64,000 bases of DNA from Octopus sinensis (Eukaryota). Position 1 is the first letter of the stretch; each line of letters opens with the position of its first letter. The position numbers and the translations under genes are program-made. The notes under the pieces were generated by a model. The model saw only the letters and a program-made list of their open reading frames with translations. It was not told the origin of the DNA and ran no database searches. The stretch is from contig NC_042999.1 of the NCBI RefSeq assembly GCF_006345805.1, positions 120,280,001 through 120,344,000 of the forward strand, read 5' to 3'. Positions 1 to 10,227 of the stretch are shown one piece after another.

Positions 1-9
1 TACTGGGTT

Positions 10-15
10 GCATAC

Positions 16-58
<43 letters not shown>

Positions 59-150
59 TATATATACATTATATATATATACATATATATATTATATGTA
101 CATACACATATATGCATATATGCATACAGACAGGCATACATAGACTCACA
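10..150. repeat. (TA)n/(CA)n microsatellite
   Basis: Direct dinucleotide runs; ORF 8..226 is an artefact of it. Confidence 0.95.
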
Positions 151-1014
151 CATACATACATTGCTGGAGAAGTTATATGTAAAGCTGTATGCCTCTATGT
201 TTTGTATCTATGCAAGTAGAAAGTAGACTTTGATATACCACTAAACTTCTTTTTTTTGAAAACACCATTGAGGATCATATTGAAAAATATTAATATTATG
301 CGTTTATACTCTTTCTAATAACTCGTCATAGAATTATTAAAACTGTTTGAAGGTGAAAAGGAGCTGTCTGCTTTGCTATTTACCTTAGTAATAATTATTT
401 GAATAATTGCAGTTGCTATATTATGATGTTTAGTTTCTTGTGAATGGAAACGATAATGGATTTCAGTATTACTGCGTATTTTTCTTATGAGTGATAGAAG
501 TGTGATGTTGACAACAAAAACGTTTGAGAATCTAAGCAATTGATAGTGTGAGTGGAATATTAATTTATTCGCTGTATTTAAAAGAAATATATTGAATGAA
601 ATATAGTGGCACTGTACTGTGCCAATGACCAATCCATTTAACTCTCAAATTACATACTGCATCGATATGTTAATAGCTATAAGTAGACGTAAATATTTAC
701 ATGGTATATCAATGTGTAATTCGAATTTCTTTTGCAATGGTGAATCGACTTTTACCTATAGTGTCGCGTCACGAATACAGATTAACAACTTTCACTAAAC
801 GAATGTCTCTAGACATATTACATGAAAAAAGAATATTTCCTTTGAACTTGTACGTTCCAATTAATTCTAAAACGGATATTAGTATATTGAAATTTATATT
901 AATCGTATAAACTATATTACTTTTGTCAGCAGCGAAGGTTATTGTTTAAAATGATCTACGTAGAGAAAGGGACACTCACAGGCGGCGATTACGCATAAAA
1001 AATCCCTTCTGCAA

Positions 1015-1056
1015 ATGTATGTATGTATTTATGTATGTATATACACATATATATAT

Positions 1057-1152
<96 letters not shown>

Positions 1153-1167
1153 ATATATATATGTATG

Positions 1168-1210
<43 letters not shown>
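1015..1210. repeat. (TA)n microsatellite
   Basis: Direct; produces several spurious YIYI ORFs. Confidence 0.95.
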
Positions 1211-1213
<3 letters not shown>

Positions 1214-1335
1214 AATAAACAATTATCATTTAGAAATATCTGAACGAGAGACATTCAGTAACAGTACTCTAGAGTAAAGATTATTTAGCCCCAGAGGATG
1301 GACTACCACCTTATGTTGGCAAATAGTATTTATTC

Positions 1336-1378
<43 letters not shown>

Positions 1379-1832
1379 GTATATATATATATATATATAT
1401 TTATTTATTAATTGGGAATATGTAATCCAGGTGTTTACATTTGGAAGTACCATTACGGACAGCGGCTATCGAAAACTGGGAGGGGAAATCCGTTTATGCA
1501 TATTAATTATTCAGCGTAAAGTGTGAAAAGTAAACATGGATTTCGCAACAATATTTTTATTTCATAGTTCACAATTTTTTCTACAATTCCCTGTTGACGA
1601 ATTGCGAGTCATGATTATAAACATGTTTGCAATTAATTTTCAAGTTTTCTCCATGCTTTTCTACGGTTTTCCGAAGAAATAATTTCCATTAATGCCCTGT
1701 GTCTTCATAGCTAGTATGATCATCACGCAAGATTATTCAAGAGGCCATCATAGAAACAATTGTAAGCTATGTAATAAAAATAATATCGCGAAATGCAATC
1801 GTCGGTACTTATTCTAAATATATATATATATT

Positions 1833-1893
1833 CTTTTATTCTATTACTTGTTTCAGTCATTTGACCGCGGCGATCCTGGTGCACCACCTTGAA
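1833..1893 (-). mobile_element. SINE 3'-tail fragment
   Basis: ttacttgtttcagtcatttgaccgcggc...caccacctt matches the tails of the copies at 11406 and 60205. Confidence 0.7.
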
Positions 1894-1939
1894 GTGTGTT
1901 GGTTTTTTTTTCAACAATTGCAGTGCTTTGCTGAAATCG

Positions 1940-3111
1940 ACAGCGTGCTTGGTTGCAGACTTTCTACTAAAGAGGGGTCGAAATGATTTTTAGGAGTCTC
2001 AAGTTCAATACAAAATGACCTAAGACAAGCGATTGGAAATGTCAAGCCGACGAAAGTACAATGCATGGCAAAGAGTCGATCAGAATAAGATATGTATATG
2101 ATAACAAAACATGTGAACGATTTCTTGGATTCTATGAAGTCAGAGATAATAAAAGTGCTACAAGACTGGCTGATGTGATCACAACTGCGTTGAACTCCTT
2201 CAGTGACGCTACAGATAAATTAGTGAGCCAGACTTACGGCAGAGCAGCTGTAATGGCAGGAATGCTAAACAGAGTACAGAGCAAGTTAAGAGATATAGGA
2301 TTTAAACACGCGTACTTCATTCACTGATATATGCATAAGCTTAACTTAGTCTTCAGTAAAAGTGCTGAGAAGGTCAGTGGAGTTTTCTCATTCACGTGCA
2401 TTTAGTAAATTTACGTCTTCCTGTACCAAGCGGAAAACATTTACAGGCAGTTTAATGTCAGTATCCCATCAGTGTGCGAAACAAGATTGTGCTATAGATG
2501 AAGAACAATGTCATCCATAAAAATATTACATGAAAAATTGAAAAATGGCTTCAGAAGTATTTTGGGATTTAGTGAAAAATGGGAAGAAGATACACTTTGT
2601 CAAAGAGACAATCTATTGGCAAATTTGAATGATTTCACATTCAGGTTTTTCATCAATTACTTTCATAACATACTTTCTCAGGCTGGCAAAGTCTTTAATA
2701 TACTACAGTGTAAGCTACTCGAAATAAAGTATGGTCAGAGTAAACTAAATTACTTCATTCATTGTGTTGAAGGTTATGGTAAAGATAAACATTATGAAAA
2801 TATTCTGTTCTGCGAAACGGCTGCTGTCACTGAACAGGCAGATGAATCCGATCCTCCTCTTAGAAAAAGAGTCAGAGGTGAACAAATTAATTACAAAACT
2901 ACCTATTTTGAAATAGTTGGCAGCATTCTAATGCCCTTACGAGAGAGATTTCCTGGCATACTGGAGTATGCATATTTGTAGTTACTAGACGTTAATAAGT
3001 TTGAAGAGTTTGCTAACACATTTCTCATGCAACATATGAACTCTCTAGAAAACAAGTATCTCTGTATTTTTGACTGTAAGAGCTTAGTGAACGAGATAAT
3101 ATATATATATA

Positions 3112-3185
<74 letters not shown>

Positions 3186-3530
3186 GTGTGTGTGTGTGTG
3201 TATTGAGAGTAATTTCAAAAAGGGCAAGTCAATCAGATCGTTTTTAGAATTACTGTATAAATTGGAGTTGAATTCCGCTATGCCGGATTCGCTTAAATTA
3301 ATTAAGCTAGTGCTGACCGTCCCTTTAACATTAGTTGCTAATGAGAAAGTTTCTCAACGTTGGATAGAATCCGCTCATATCTGAGAAGCACAATGACTCC
3401 AAAACGGATGTCTTCATTCCCTCGTATTTCCATCGAGAAAAGCATTTTGAACGACTTAGACAACAAGAAGGAGCTGCAGGAAAGGATATTACACGAGTTC
3501 GTCATGAAAGACGACTGGAGCTCATGTATC
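1940..3530 (+). mobile_element. Decayed hAT transposase (ZMYM1-like/DUF4371 type), interrupted by a (GT)n microsatellite at ~3110-3200
   Basis: Fragmentary motifs in order: ADEST (~2046), VSQTYGRAAVMAG (QTYDGA-like), AYFIH*YMHKLNLV (CxxH-like motif), and C-terminal SFSTLDRIRSYLRSTM (dimerisation domain). Multiple stops and frameshifts. Confidence 0.8.
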
Positions 3531-3783
3531 AATGAGGTGAGTAATATTTATATTAAAACTATATTTCTGTTTTATTGTTAAATTATCAGTGCACATATAA
3601 GCCTCTGAGCAGGTATTACTATGACAACTTTCTCTGTCAAGTCAATGCGACAATCACTCGCTATACAGCGGAAGTGACCAAGAACGTTAAAAACTTAGTA
3701 CACATGCACAGGAGTATTCAAAGTCAATTTTTGGCAAGAAGCGTCACTTTGCGGGCTTTAACTTCGGAGACCTCGTCTTATAG

Positions 3784-3863
<80 letters not shown>

Positions 3864-3883
3864 ATGTATATATATATATATAT

Positions 3884-4061
3884 ATATGTATAAGGGTGAA
3901 AAGGGACACACGAGTTGATATATATGAAAAAACAAGTCAAAAATAGAAAATGCTAAAATAATTTTATAGTGAACATTTCAGTACCGGTTTCGGCCATTTT
4001 GAGACCTTTTCAACTGTAACGATTAAATAATTAAATTTAGAAAAATTAGAAGAAAAGTTTT
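3884..4061 (-). repeat. PLE 3' pseudo-LTR (terminal 178 bp, repeated at 8278-8455)
   Basis: Near-identical direct repeat; one visible substitution (ggccatt vs ggtcatt). Confidence 0.92.
3974..4021 (-). ncRNA. Minimal type I hammerhead ribozyme, U3-A8 variant
   Basis: Minus strand cgttacag-TTGAAAA-GGTC tcaaaat GGCC-GAA-ACCGGT-A-ctgaaatg: stems I, II and palindromic III are all present, with a GUA cleavage triplet. Confidence 0.75.
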
Positions 4062-4371
4062 TTTAAAAGAATATTTCTATAGTAGTGTTCAGATTTAGGT
4101 GGCATTCTGCCTTTCTCTGACTCCCTTGTTTGCACTTGTGTGTTCGAGGTTGGTGTGAGTTCTTGGTAGGGTAGTAGAGGAAGAAGGCTGGTGAGGAAAG
4201 GGGGGTGGGAGAATCTGGGAGTGCCCTGATGGTCGTATTTTGAATGGTCAGTGGCGGCTGGCAGTCTCAGTTCAATTCAGGAGAATATTTATATTGACAG
4301 GCTTGTTTATAGAATTAGCGTAGGTGTTATACTAAAAAACATTAGTGACAAAGTTAAGGGGTAGGGGGTGG

Positions 4372-4605
4372 AGAAGTAGAAGAAGAAGAAGAAGAAGAAG
4401 GAGAAGGAGAAGATGACGATGATGGTGATGGTGGTGATGATTATGACGACGATGATGATGATAATGATGATGATGAAGAAGAAGAAGAAGAAGAAGGAGG
4501 AGAAGGAGAAGATGGTGGTGATGATGGTGGTGATGATGATGACGACGATGATGATGATAATGATGATGATGAAGAAGAAGAGGAAGAAGAAGAAGAAGAA
4601 AAAAA
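4372..4605. repeat. Compound (GAA)/(GAT)/(GGT) trinucleotide repeat in the PLE 3' UTR
   Basis: Direct; mirrored in the inverted arm at ~8885-9110. Confidence 0.9.
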
Positions 4606-4730
4606 CAGAGAAGGGAGAATATGAATGGGTGTAAGTATAGCTTTGAAGGGGCTGATTAGTAATGGATTCTATGGAGTGTAGTATTTGTGTGTGTATATAT
4701 ATTTTTCTTTTATTCTAAAGTTGAGGTATA

Positions 4731-5138
4731 TTAATTGTTTGTCGTAGACCCGTTAAGAAGTGGCTTGTATTTTGTAATAAAGAGATTTTCTTTACTTATT
4801 CGTTGTCTCGAGGTTGTATCGTCCCTAAATTGGTAGAGGGGGAAAATTCTGAAGTTTGGTGTTTTTTTGTTGGCGCAAGTATCTATGTGTTGGCTAAAAG
4901 CTATTTTTCTGTTTTGGGGAATTTTTATCTGGGATCTGTGCAGGGCCATTCGTTTACGCAAACCATTTTTTGTTTGGCCTATGTACTGCTCTTGACACCC
5001 GGAGCAGGTTAGTGAGTATATTAGGTTCTCCGAAGCACATGTGAAGTTGCTTTTCACTGTAAACCGTTGTCCCTGTTTGAAGGAGAACTCAGAACCCTCG
5101 ATTAGATAGTCGCATATCCCGCAATTGGGTCTTCCACA
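4731..5138 (-). CDS. PLE Cys-rich linker plus GIY-YIG endonuclease (out of frame with RT by one extra A at 5139-5146)
   Basis: CGRPNCGICDYLIEG...NLIYSLTCSGCQEQYIGQT...RKRMALHRSQIK...FSQHI...KENLFITKYKPLLN. Confidence 0.88.
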   Translation of the reverse strand, partial: CGRPNCGICDYLIEGSEFSFKQGQRFTVKSNFTCASENLIYSLTCSGCQEQYIGQTKNGLRKRMALHRSQIKIPQNRKIAFSQHIDTCANKKTPNFRIFPLYQFRDDTTSRQRISKENLFITKYKPLLNGSTTNN

Positions 5139-7083
5139 TTTTTTTTACTGTCGGCTTCTGTGTTGAAGAGTGAATTCGGGCTTGTGTAAGGAGACTTTTC
5201 ATGGATCTAGGCTGTCTTTTGCTTTTTATGATCGTGTGTGTTTGGAGGATTGTGTTCATTCTGTGGTCTTTTTTTAGGAAGGGTATGTTGTGGAGGATGG
5301 TGTCGAAGGCTTCGTTATTGAGAGGGTTGTGTGTGGAGATGTATGGTAAGGCTTTTGGTTGTAAGTTTTTCTTTGATTTGGGATGTCTCAGTTCCTTGAT
5401 GTTAAGTTGAAGGGCACGTTGAATGCACTTGTCAATAAGTGAAGGTGGATAGTTCCTGGTGATTAGGGTATCTTTTAGTTCTTGTAGTCGTGTGTCTCTG
5501 GTGTTTGCGTTGGAGACTATAATGCATATCCTTTTTGCTAGATTGAAGGGGATATTCATCCTGGTGTGTCTGGGGTGGCATGAATTGAATGGAAGATATT
5601 GCTTAGAGTCTGTAGGCTTATAGTATATGTCTGTTTCTATTATATTATTAGCTTTCTTAATGAGGATATCGAGGAAGGGGAGTTGTTGTTGGCTATATTC
5701 CATCGTGAATTGGATGTTTACGTCCAGTCCGTTTAAAATTTTCTGGAATTCTATGAGTTTTTCTATATTTTTATGCCAAAGGATGAAACAGTCATCTAGA
5801 TATCTCTTCCAGTTGTTTTCTATGTAGATGGAGAAAGGGCTGCCATATCTTTCTAGAACCTTACGATACAGACTGATCTCTAGGTATCCTATGACTAGGT
5901 TGGCAAAGGAGGGGGCCATTCGTGTACCCATCGCAGTCCCCGATTTTTGTCGGTAGAAGTTGTCATTGAAGGCGAAGAAGTTATTTTCCAGGATGAATTT
6001 AACCCCTTCTATCACAAATTCTTTTTTGATGCGGTGTGGTAGTTCGTTGGCGTGATTCTCTAGCCAGAATTGGATTGCCTCTAGTCCTAGGTTGTGGGGG
6101 ATATTGGAGTAGAGGTTGACTACATCGAAGGATACCAGTATGGTGTTTTTGTTTATAGTATTCGGTAGGTGATTGAGCATATCTAAGTCGTCCCTTATAT
6201 AGCTTTTGACATGTTTGAGGAGTGGTTTTAACAGGGTGTCTAAAAAGTTACTGAGGCGGTGGGTTTCGCATGCGGGACCTGCTATTATGGGTCTCAATTT
6301 GAGGTCATTAGGATTAGGGACTTTAATTATTTTGTCTGTAGCTATCTTGCATGCGTTGCTTATTTTTTCACTTTTGTGGATCTTAGGTATACCGTAGAAT
6401 TGGCTAGTTTTACTTGTGAAATTGGTCATATAATCATATTCTTTGTCGGTGAGCCCTGCTTTGTATGGGTTTAATATGGATTTTAGTTCCCTCATTATTT
6501 TTGTTGACTAGTTTTGTGCCTTTTCATAGTATGTTGTGTCTTCCAGCATAGAAAGTACCAAAGTTATGTAAAATGTCGTATCCATTAAGACAACAGCACT
6601 CCCTTTATCGGCCTCTTTGATTGTTATTGTTTTATCTAGTTTTAATTTGTTCAACTCAGCCCATTCTTTTTTGCTGAAGTTTGGTTTGTGTTTTTGTTTG
6701 TGCATATGTTGATATGGGTAATTTGATATGTGGTCACAGAAATCATCAAGTGTTTTATTCTTACCTTTCGAGGGGGTGTAGTTACTCCTATTTCTGGCTA
6801 ACGATTCGTCCTCGTTGTATTTATCGTATAGCTCCTCAGTAAGTCTTAATTTTCTGCAGAATTCTGCGATGTCTTCTTTCATTTCATTGTAGTTGGGGTG
6901 TTGTGGGGTGGGTGTAAACTTGAGTCCTTTGGAAAGTATGTTTATTTGGTTTGCTGTTAGTTCCTTGTGAGTTAGATTAATAATTTTTATTACTTTTGGT
7001 TCCTCCTGCTTGTTTGGTGCTATCTTGAGTCTCTGTGTTTGCGTATTGGGTCTAAAAAATGAATGCGGTTGTTGGGACGGTAG
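5089..7083 (-). pseudogene. PLE reverse transcriptase frame (in-frame TAG at 6508-6510)
   Basis: INLTHKELTANQINILSKGLKFTPTP, IKEADKGSAVV, LRPIIAG, LVSFDVVNLYSNI, QKSGTAMGTRMAPSFANL, RYLDDCF, LPFLDILI, DIYYKPTD. Confidence 0.93.
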
Positions 7084-8252
7084 CTAGTATATAGTTGTTC
7101 TTTGTTGATTAGGGGTCTCCTGTTGTGATTTATGGTGTGTGTTCTTGGAGCAGTATTGAGGAGAGCATCCCGATATCCCATATTCGGGTGTGGTGTTCTA
7201 GGAGGCCTTCGTTGGTAATCATTGCAAGTGGTGTGGGTTTGTTGTGCATGGTTGTTTAACCGGTTAATGGGACGAAGATTTCGTTGGTAACTCCTTTGGG
7301 TGGGGATGAGGTTGCAGTGTCTATGCTGTGGGTGTTGATTTATCCTTTCTCTGCTTGAAGTGGGGGTATTCCTGATATTGTATCGCTGGCTGCTTACAGA
7401 GTTAGGGTTAGGTCCTGAATTCTTTTTTTGATAGTAGTGAAGGTTCCGATTTTTAGACAGGTGTGTATCGGTGTTTGGGTGTTGTTTTGGTTTTCTTATT
7501 TTCTGGAAAGGGTTGTTGGAGGCGTGCTCTGTTTGAAAGACGGCTTCATAGTCTGAGAACCAAGTGGCGCTTTTCTCCCAGCGTTGGAGAGATTTTAGTT
7601 CTTTTTCACAGTCCTCTTTCCATAGTTTGGAGAACTTCTCTTGATCTGGGCCTTGGGTAATTTTGCGAATTTCTTCGTTGATATCTTCATCGGTGGATTT
7701 TATTTTATCCTCATTCGTTTGGGCCCTCAATTTCAGAAGTTCTATTTCCATTTTCATTTTTTCCAGTGCCATTCTCTCCCTGAGGTGTCTTTGTGTTTCA
7801 GGTTCTTCTGTAATAGCTTTGAACTGGAATTTACGTGGGAGGATTAACGGGGTCCGGTTGCGCCATTTTTCGTATATATCCGCTTTGTTGTTGTTTTGGA
7901 TCATCTTCCAAAAGGCGAACTTTCTATCTCTGAGTGATTTGTTCCATTGTGGTATTATGTGGTGTTTCATTTGGTATGTTGTTAGAGTATTGATCCCATA
8001 TATTGACGCGTTTGGAGGTCCTTGGTTAGCGTTGTTAGAGAAAAATGTTCTAATTGTTTCGCATAAGTTTCCAAGGTTTTCGACAATTTCGGAGGTTGTA
8101 TTTTTCGTATCTGTTTCTTCATTGTTCTCTCGATTGGGTTGAAGTGTCGAGTCGAATTTGTTCAAAAAAGTTGACAAATTTGTGTTGATTTTCTTGAGTT
8201 CTTTCAGTATTTCTTCGTTTATGGAGGTGATTGTGTCTGTTTTTGTCGGCAT
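7020..8252 (-). CDS. PLE upstream ORF1, ~410 aa: predicted helical/coiled-coil N-half and N/Q/R/H/P-rich C-half; function unknown
   Basis: Uninterrupted 1233-nt ORF from ATG (MPTK) lying inside the pLTR-bounded unit. The GTG start at 8303 in the ORF track falls in the pLTR. Confidence 0.75.
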   Translation of the reverse strand: MPTKTDTITSINEEILKELKKINTNLSTFLNKFDSTLQPNRENNEETDTKNTTSEIVENLGNLCETIRTFFSNNANQGPPNASIYGINTLTTYQMKHHIIPQWNKSLRDRKFAFWKMIQNNNKADIYEKWRNRTPLILPRKFQFKAITEEPETQRHLRERMALEKMKMEIELLKLRAQTNEDKIKSTDEDINEEIRKITQGPDQEKFSKLWKEDCEKELKSLQRWEKSATWFSDYEAVFQTEHASNNPFQKIRKPKQHPNTDTHLSKNRNLHYYQKKNSGPNPNSVSSQRYNIRNTPTSSRERINQHPQHRHCNLIPTQRSYQRNLRPINRLNNHAQQTHTTCNDYQRRPPRTPHPNMGYRDALLNTAPRTHTINHNRRPLINKEQLYTSYRPNNRIHFLDPIRKHRDSR

Positions 8253-8277
8253 TTTCTGTATCTCGTGTGGGTTAATG

Positions 8278-8455
8278 ATATGTATAAGGGTGAAAAGGGA
8301 CACACGAGTTGATATATATGAAAAAACAAGTCAAAAATAGAAAATGCTAAAATAATTTTATAGTGAACATTTCAGTACCGGTTTCGGTCATTTTGAGACC
8401 TTTTCAACTGTAACGATTAAATAATTAAATTTAGAAAAATTAGAAGAAAAGTTTT
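8278..8455 (-). repeat. PLE partial 5' pseudo-LTR
   Basis: Direct repeat of 3884-4061. Confidence 0.92.
8368..8415 (-). ncRNA. Minimal type I hammerhead ribozyme, U3-A8 variant (5' pLTR copy)
   Basis: Same fold as 3974-4021; stem II is GGTC/GACC. Confidence 0.75.
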
Positions 8456-9566
8456 CGGAGAACCTAATATACTCACCAACCTGCTCCGGGTGTCAAGAGC
8501 AGTACATAGGCCAAACAAAAAATGGTTTGCGTAAACGAATGGCCCTGCACAGATCCCAGATAAAAATTCCCCAAAACAGAAAAATAGCTTTTAGCCAACA
8601 CATAGATACTTGCGCCAACAAAAAAACACCAAACTTCAGAATTTTCCCCCTCTACCAATTTAGGGACGATACAACCTCGAGACAACGAATAAGTAAAGAA
8701 AATCTCTTTATTACAAAATACAAGCCACTTCTTAACGGGTCTACGACAAACAATTAATATACCTCAACTTTAGAATAAAAGAAAAATATATATACACACA
8801 CAAATACTACACTCCATAGAATCCATTACTAATCAGCCCCTTCAAAGCTATACTTACACCCATTCATATTCTCCCTTCTCTGTTTTTTTCTTCTTCTTCT
8901 TCCTCTTCTTCTTCATCATCATCATTATCATCATCATCGTCGTCATCATCATCACCACCATCATCACCACCATCTTCTCCTTCTCCTCCTTCTTCTTCTT
9001 CTTCTTCTTCATCATCATCATTATCATCATCATCGTCGTCATAATCATCACCACCATCACCATCATCGTCATCTTCTCCTTCTCCTTCTTCTTCTTCTTC
9101 TTCTTCTACTTCTCCACCCCCTACCCCTTAACTTTGTCACTAATGTTTTTTAGTATAACACCTACGCTAATTCTATAAACAAGCCTGTCAATATAAATAT
9201 TCTCCTGAATTGAACTGAGACTGCCAGCCGCCACTGACCATTCAAAATACGACCATCAGGGCACTCCCAGATTCTCCCACCCCCTTTCCTCACCAGCCTT
9301 CTTCCTCTACTACCCTACCAAGAACTCACAACTACCTCGAACACACAAGTGCAAACAAGGGAGTCAGAGAAAGGCAGAATGCCACCTAAATCTGAACACT
9401 ACTATAGAAATATTCTTTTAAAAAAACTTTTCTTCTAATTTTTCTAAATTTAATTATTTAATCGTTACAGTTGAAAAGGTCTCAAAATGACCGAAACCGG
9501 TACTGAAATGTTCACTATACAATTATTTTAGCATTTTCTATTTTTGACTTGTTTTTTCATATATAT
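8454..9566 (+). repeat. Inverted duplicate of the PLE 3' end (partial GIY-YIG 8454-8757 plus 3' UTR)
   Basis: Reverse complement of 3918-5034 with only a few substitutions. Confidence 0.93.
9463..9510 (+). ncRNA. Minimal type I hammerhead ribozyme, U3-A8 variant (inverted arm copy)
   Basis: cgttacagttgaaaaggtctcaaaatgaccgaaaccggtactgaaatg. Confidence 0.75.
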
Positions 9567-9576
9567 ATATATATAT

Positions 9577-10190
9577 TCCAGAGCTTTAAACTAATACATC
9601 TGTTTGTTGTTTACACACCCGTCTTCGTCTTTTGTTTTGTTTGTTTTTGTAAAATTCAACTATATATTGCACGCTCACGTGCTTGCACCAGTTTCATCCT
9701 GTCTCTACCTCATACACTTTGGACTTCTTCCTGGATTTTCTACACTTCGGACTATTCTACCTGGAATTTCTACTCTCTTATACTTCGGACTCCTATTCTT
9801 CGGACCGCCTAGACTTCGGACTCCTGCACTTCGGACTCCTGCACTTCGGACTCCCACCTGTTTTTTTTTTGCACTTCTCCTTCATACACATGGATTACAC
9901 TGGAAACTTTCGTTGATGAGAAATCGCTCCAATACGCCACGACGTTTGAACCTGTTGAGCTTTCTGAATTTTTTGGTACTTTCTGCTTTTTCCTATTGTT
10001 TTTTCTTACTCTGTTTTCTCTCAATCGGCACATCTTTCTGTTTATATGTGTGTTCCTTTCTGTTGAAGAGCGTAGGCTTGAAACGTAAGAGACTTTATCA
10101 CTTCCCGAGTGTTAAACTAATGCATTTGTTTGCTGTTTACACACCCGTCTTCGTCTTTTGTTTTGTTTGTTTTTTTTTGTAAATTTCAAC

Positions 10191-10196
<6 letters not shown>
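9577..10196 (+). mobile_element. Putative non-autonomous PLE-type element, 526-bp unit with ~80-bp terminal direct repeats
   Basis: Direct repeats 9586-9666 / 10112-10196, internal 15-bp acttcggactcctgc repeats, a hammerhead-like motif, and termination in (TA)n. Confidence 0.6.
10056..10091 (+). ncRNA. Degenerate minimal hammerhead-like motif
   Basis: cttt-CTGTTGA-A-GAGC gtag GCTT-GAA-ACGT-A-agag; A6 is substituted by U. Confidence 0.5.

Positions 10197-10227
<31 letters not shown>

Larger units (their letters stand above)
3884..9576 (-). mobile_element. Penelope-like retroelement (EN+, Neptune-like), near full length, with a partial 5' pLTR and an inverted 3' duplication, inserted in (TA)n
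   Basis: RT plus C-terminal GIY-YIG; direct repeat 3884-4061 / 8278-8455 (period 4394 bp); inverted copy of 3918-5034 at 8454-~9566; TA runs at both ends. Confidence 0.93.

Noticed and set aside
6508-6510. In-frame stop as programmed readthrough or selenocysteine (as in some Naiad PLEs)
   Set aside because: The codon is UAG, not UGA, it interrupts the RT N-terminal region, and I see no readthrough signal; a point mutation is simpler.
9740-9855. Repeated CTTCGG as cUUCGg tetraloop hairpins or a CRISPR-like array
   Set aside because: The flanks do not pair beyond one C-G, spacing is ~15 bp without unique spacers, and the context is eukaryotic.
9604-10182. 192-aa ORF as a gene
   Set aside because: It is low complexity and derives from the T-rich direct repeats and the 15-bp repeats.
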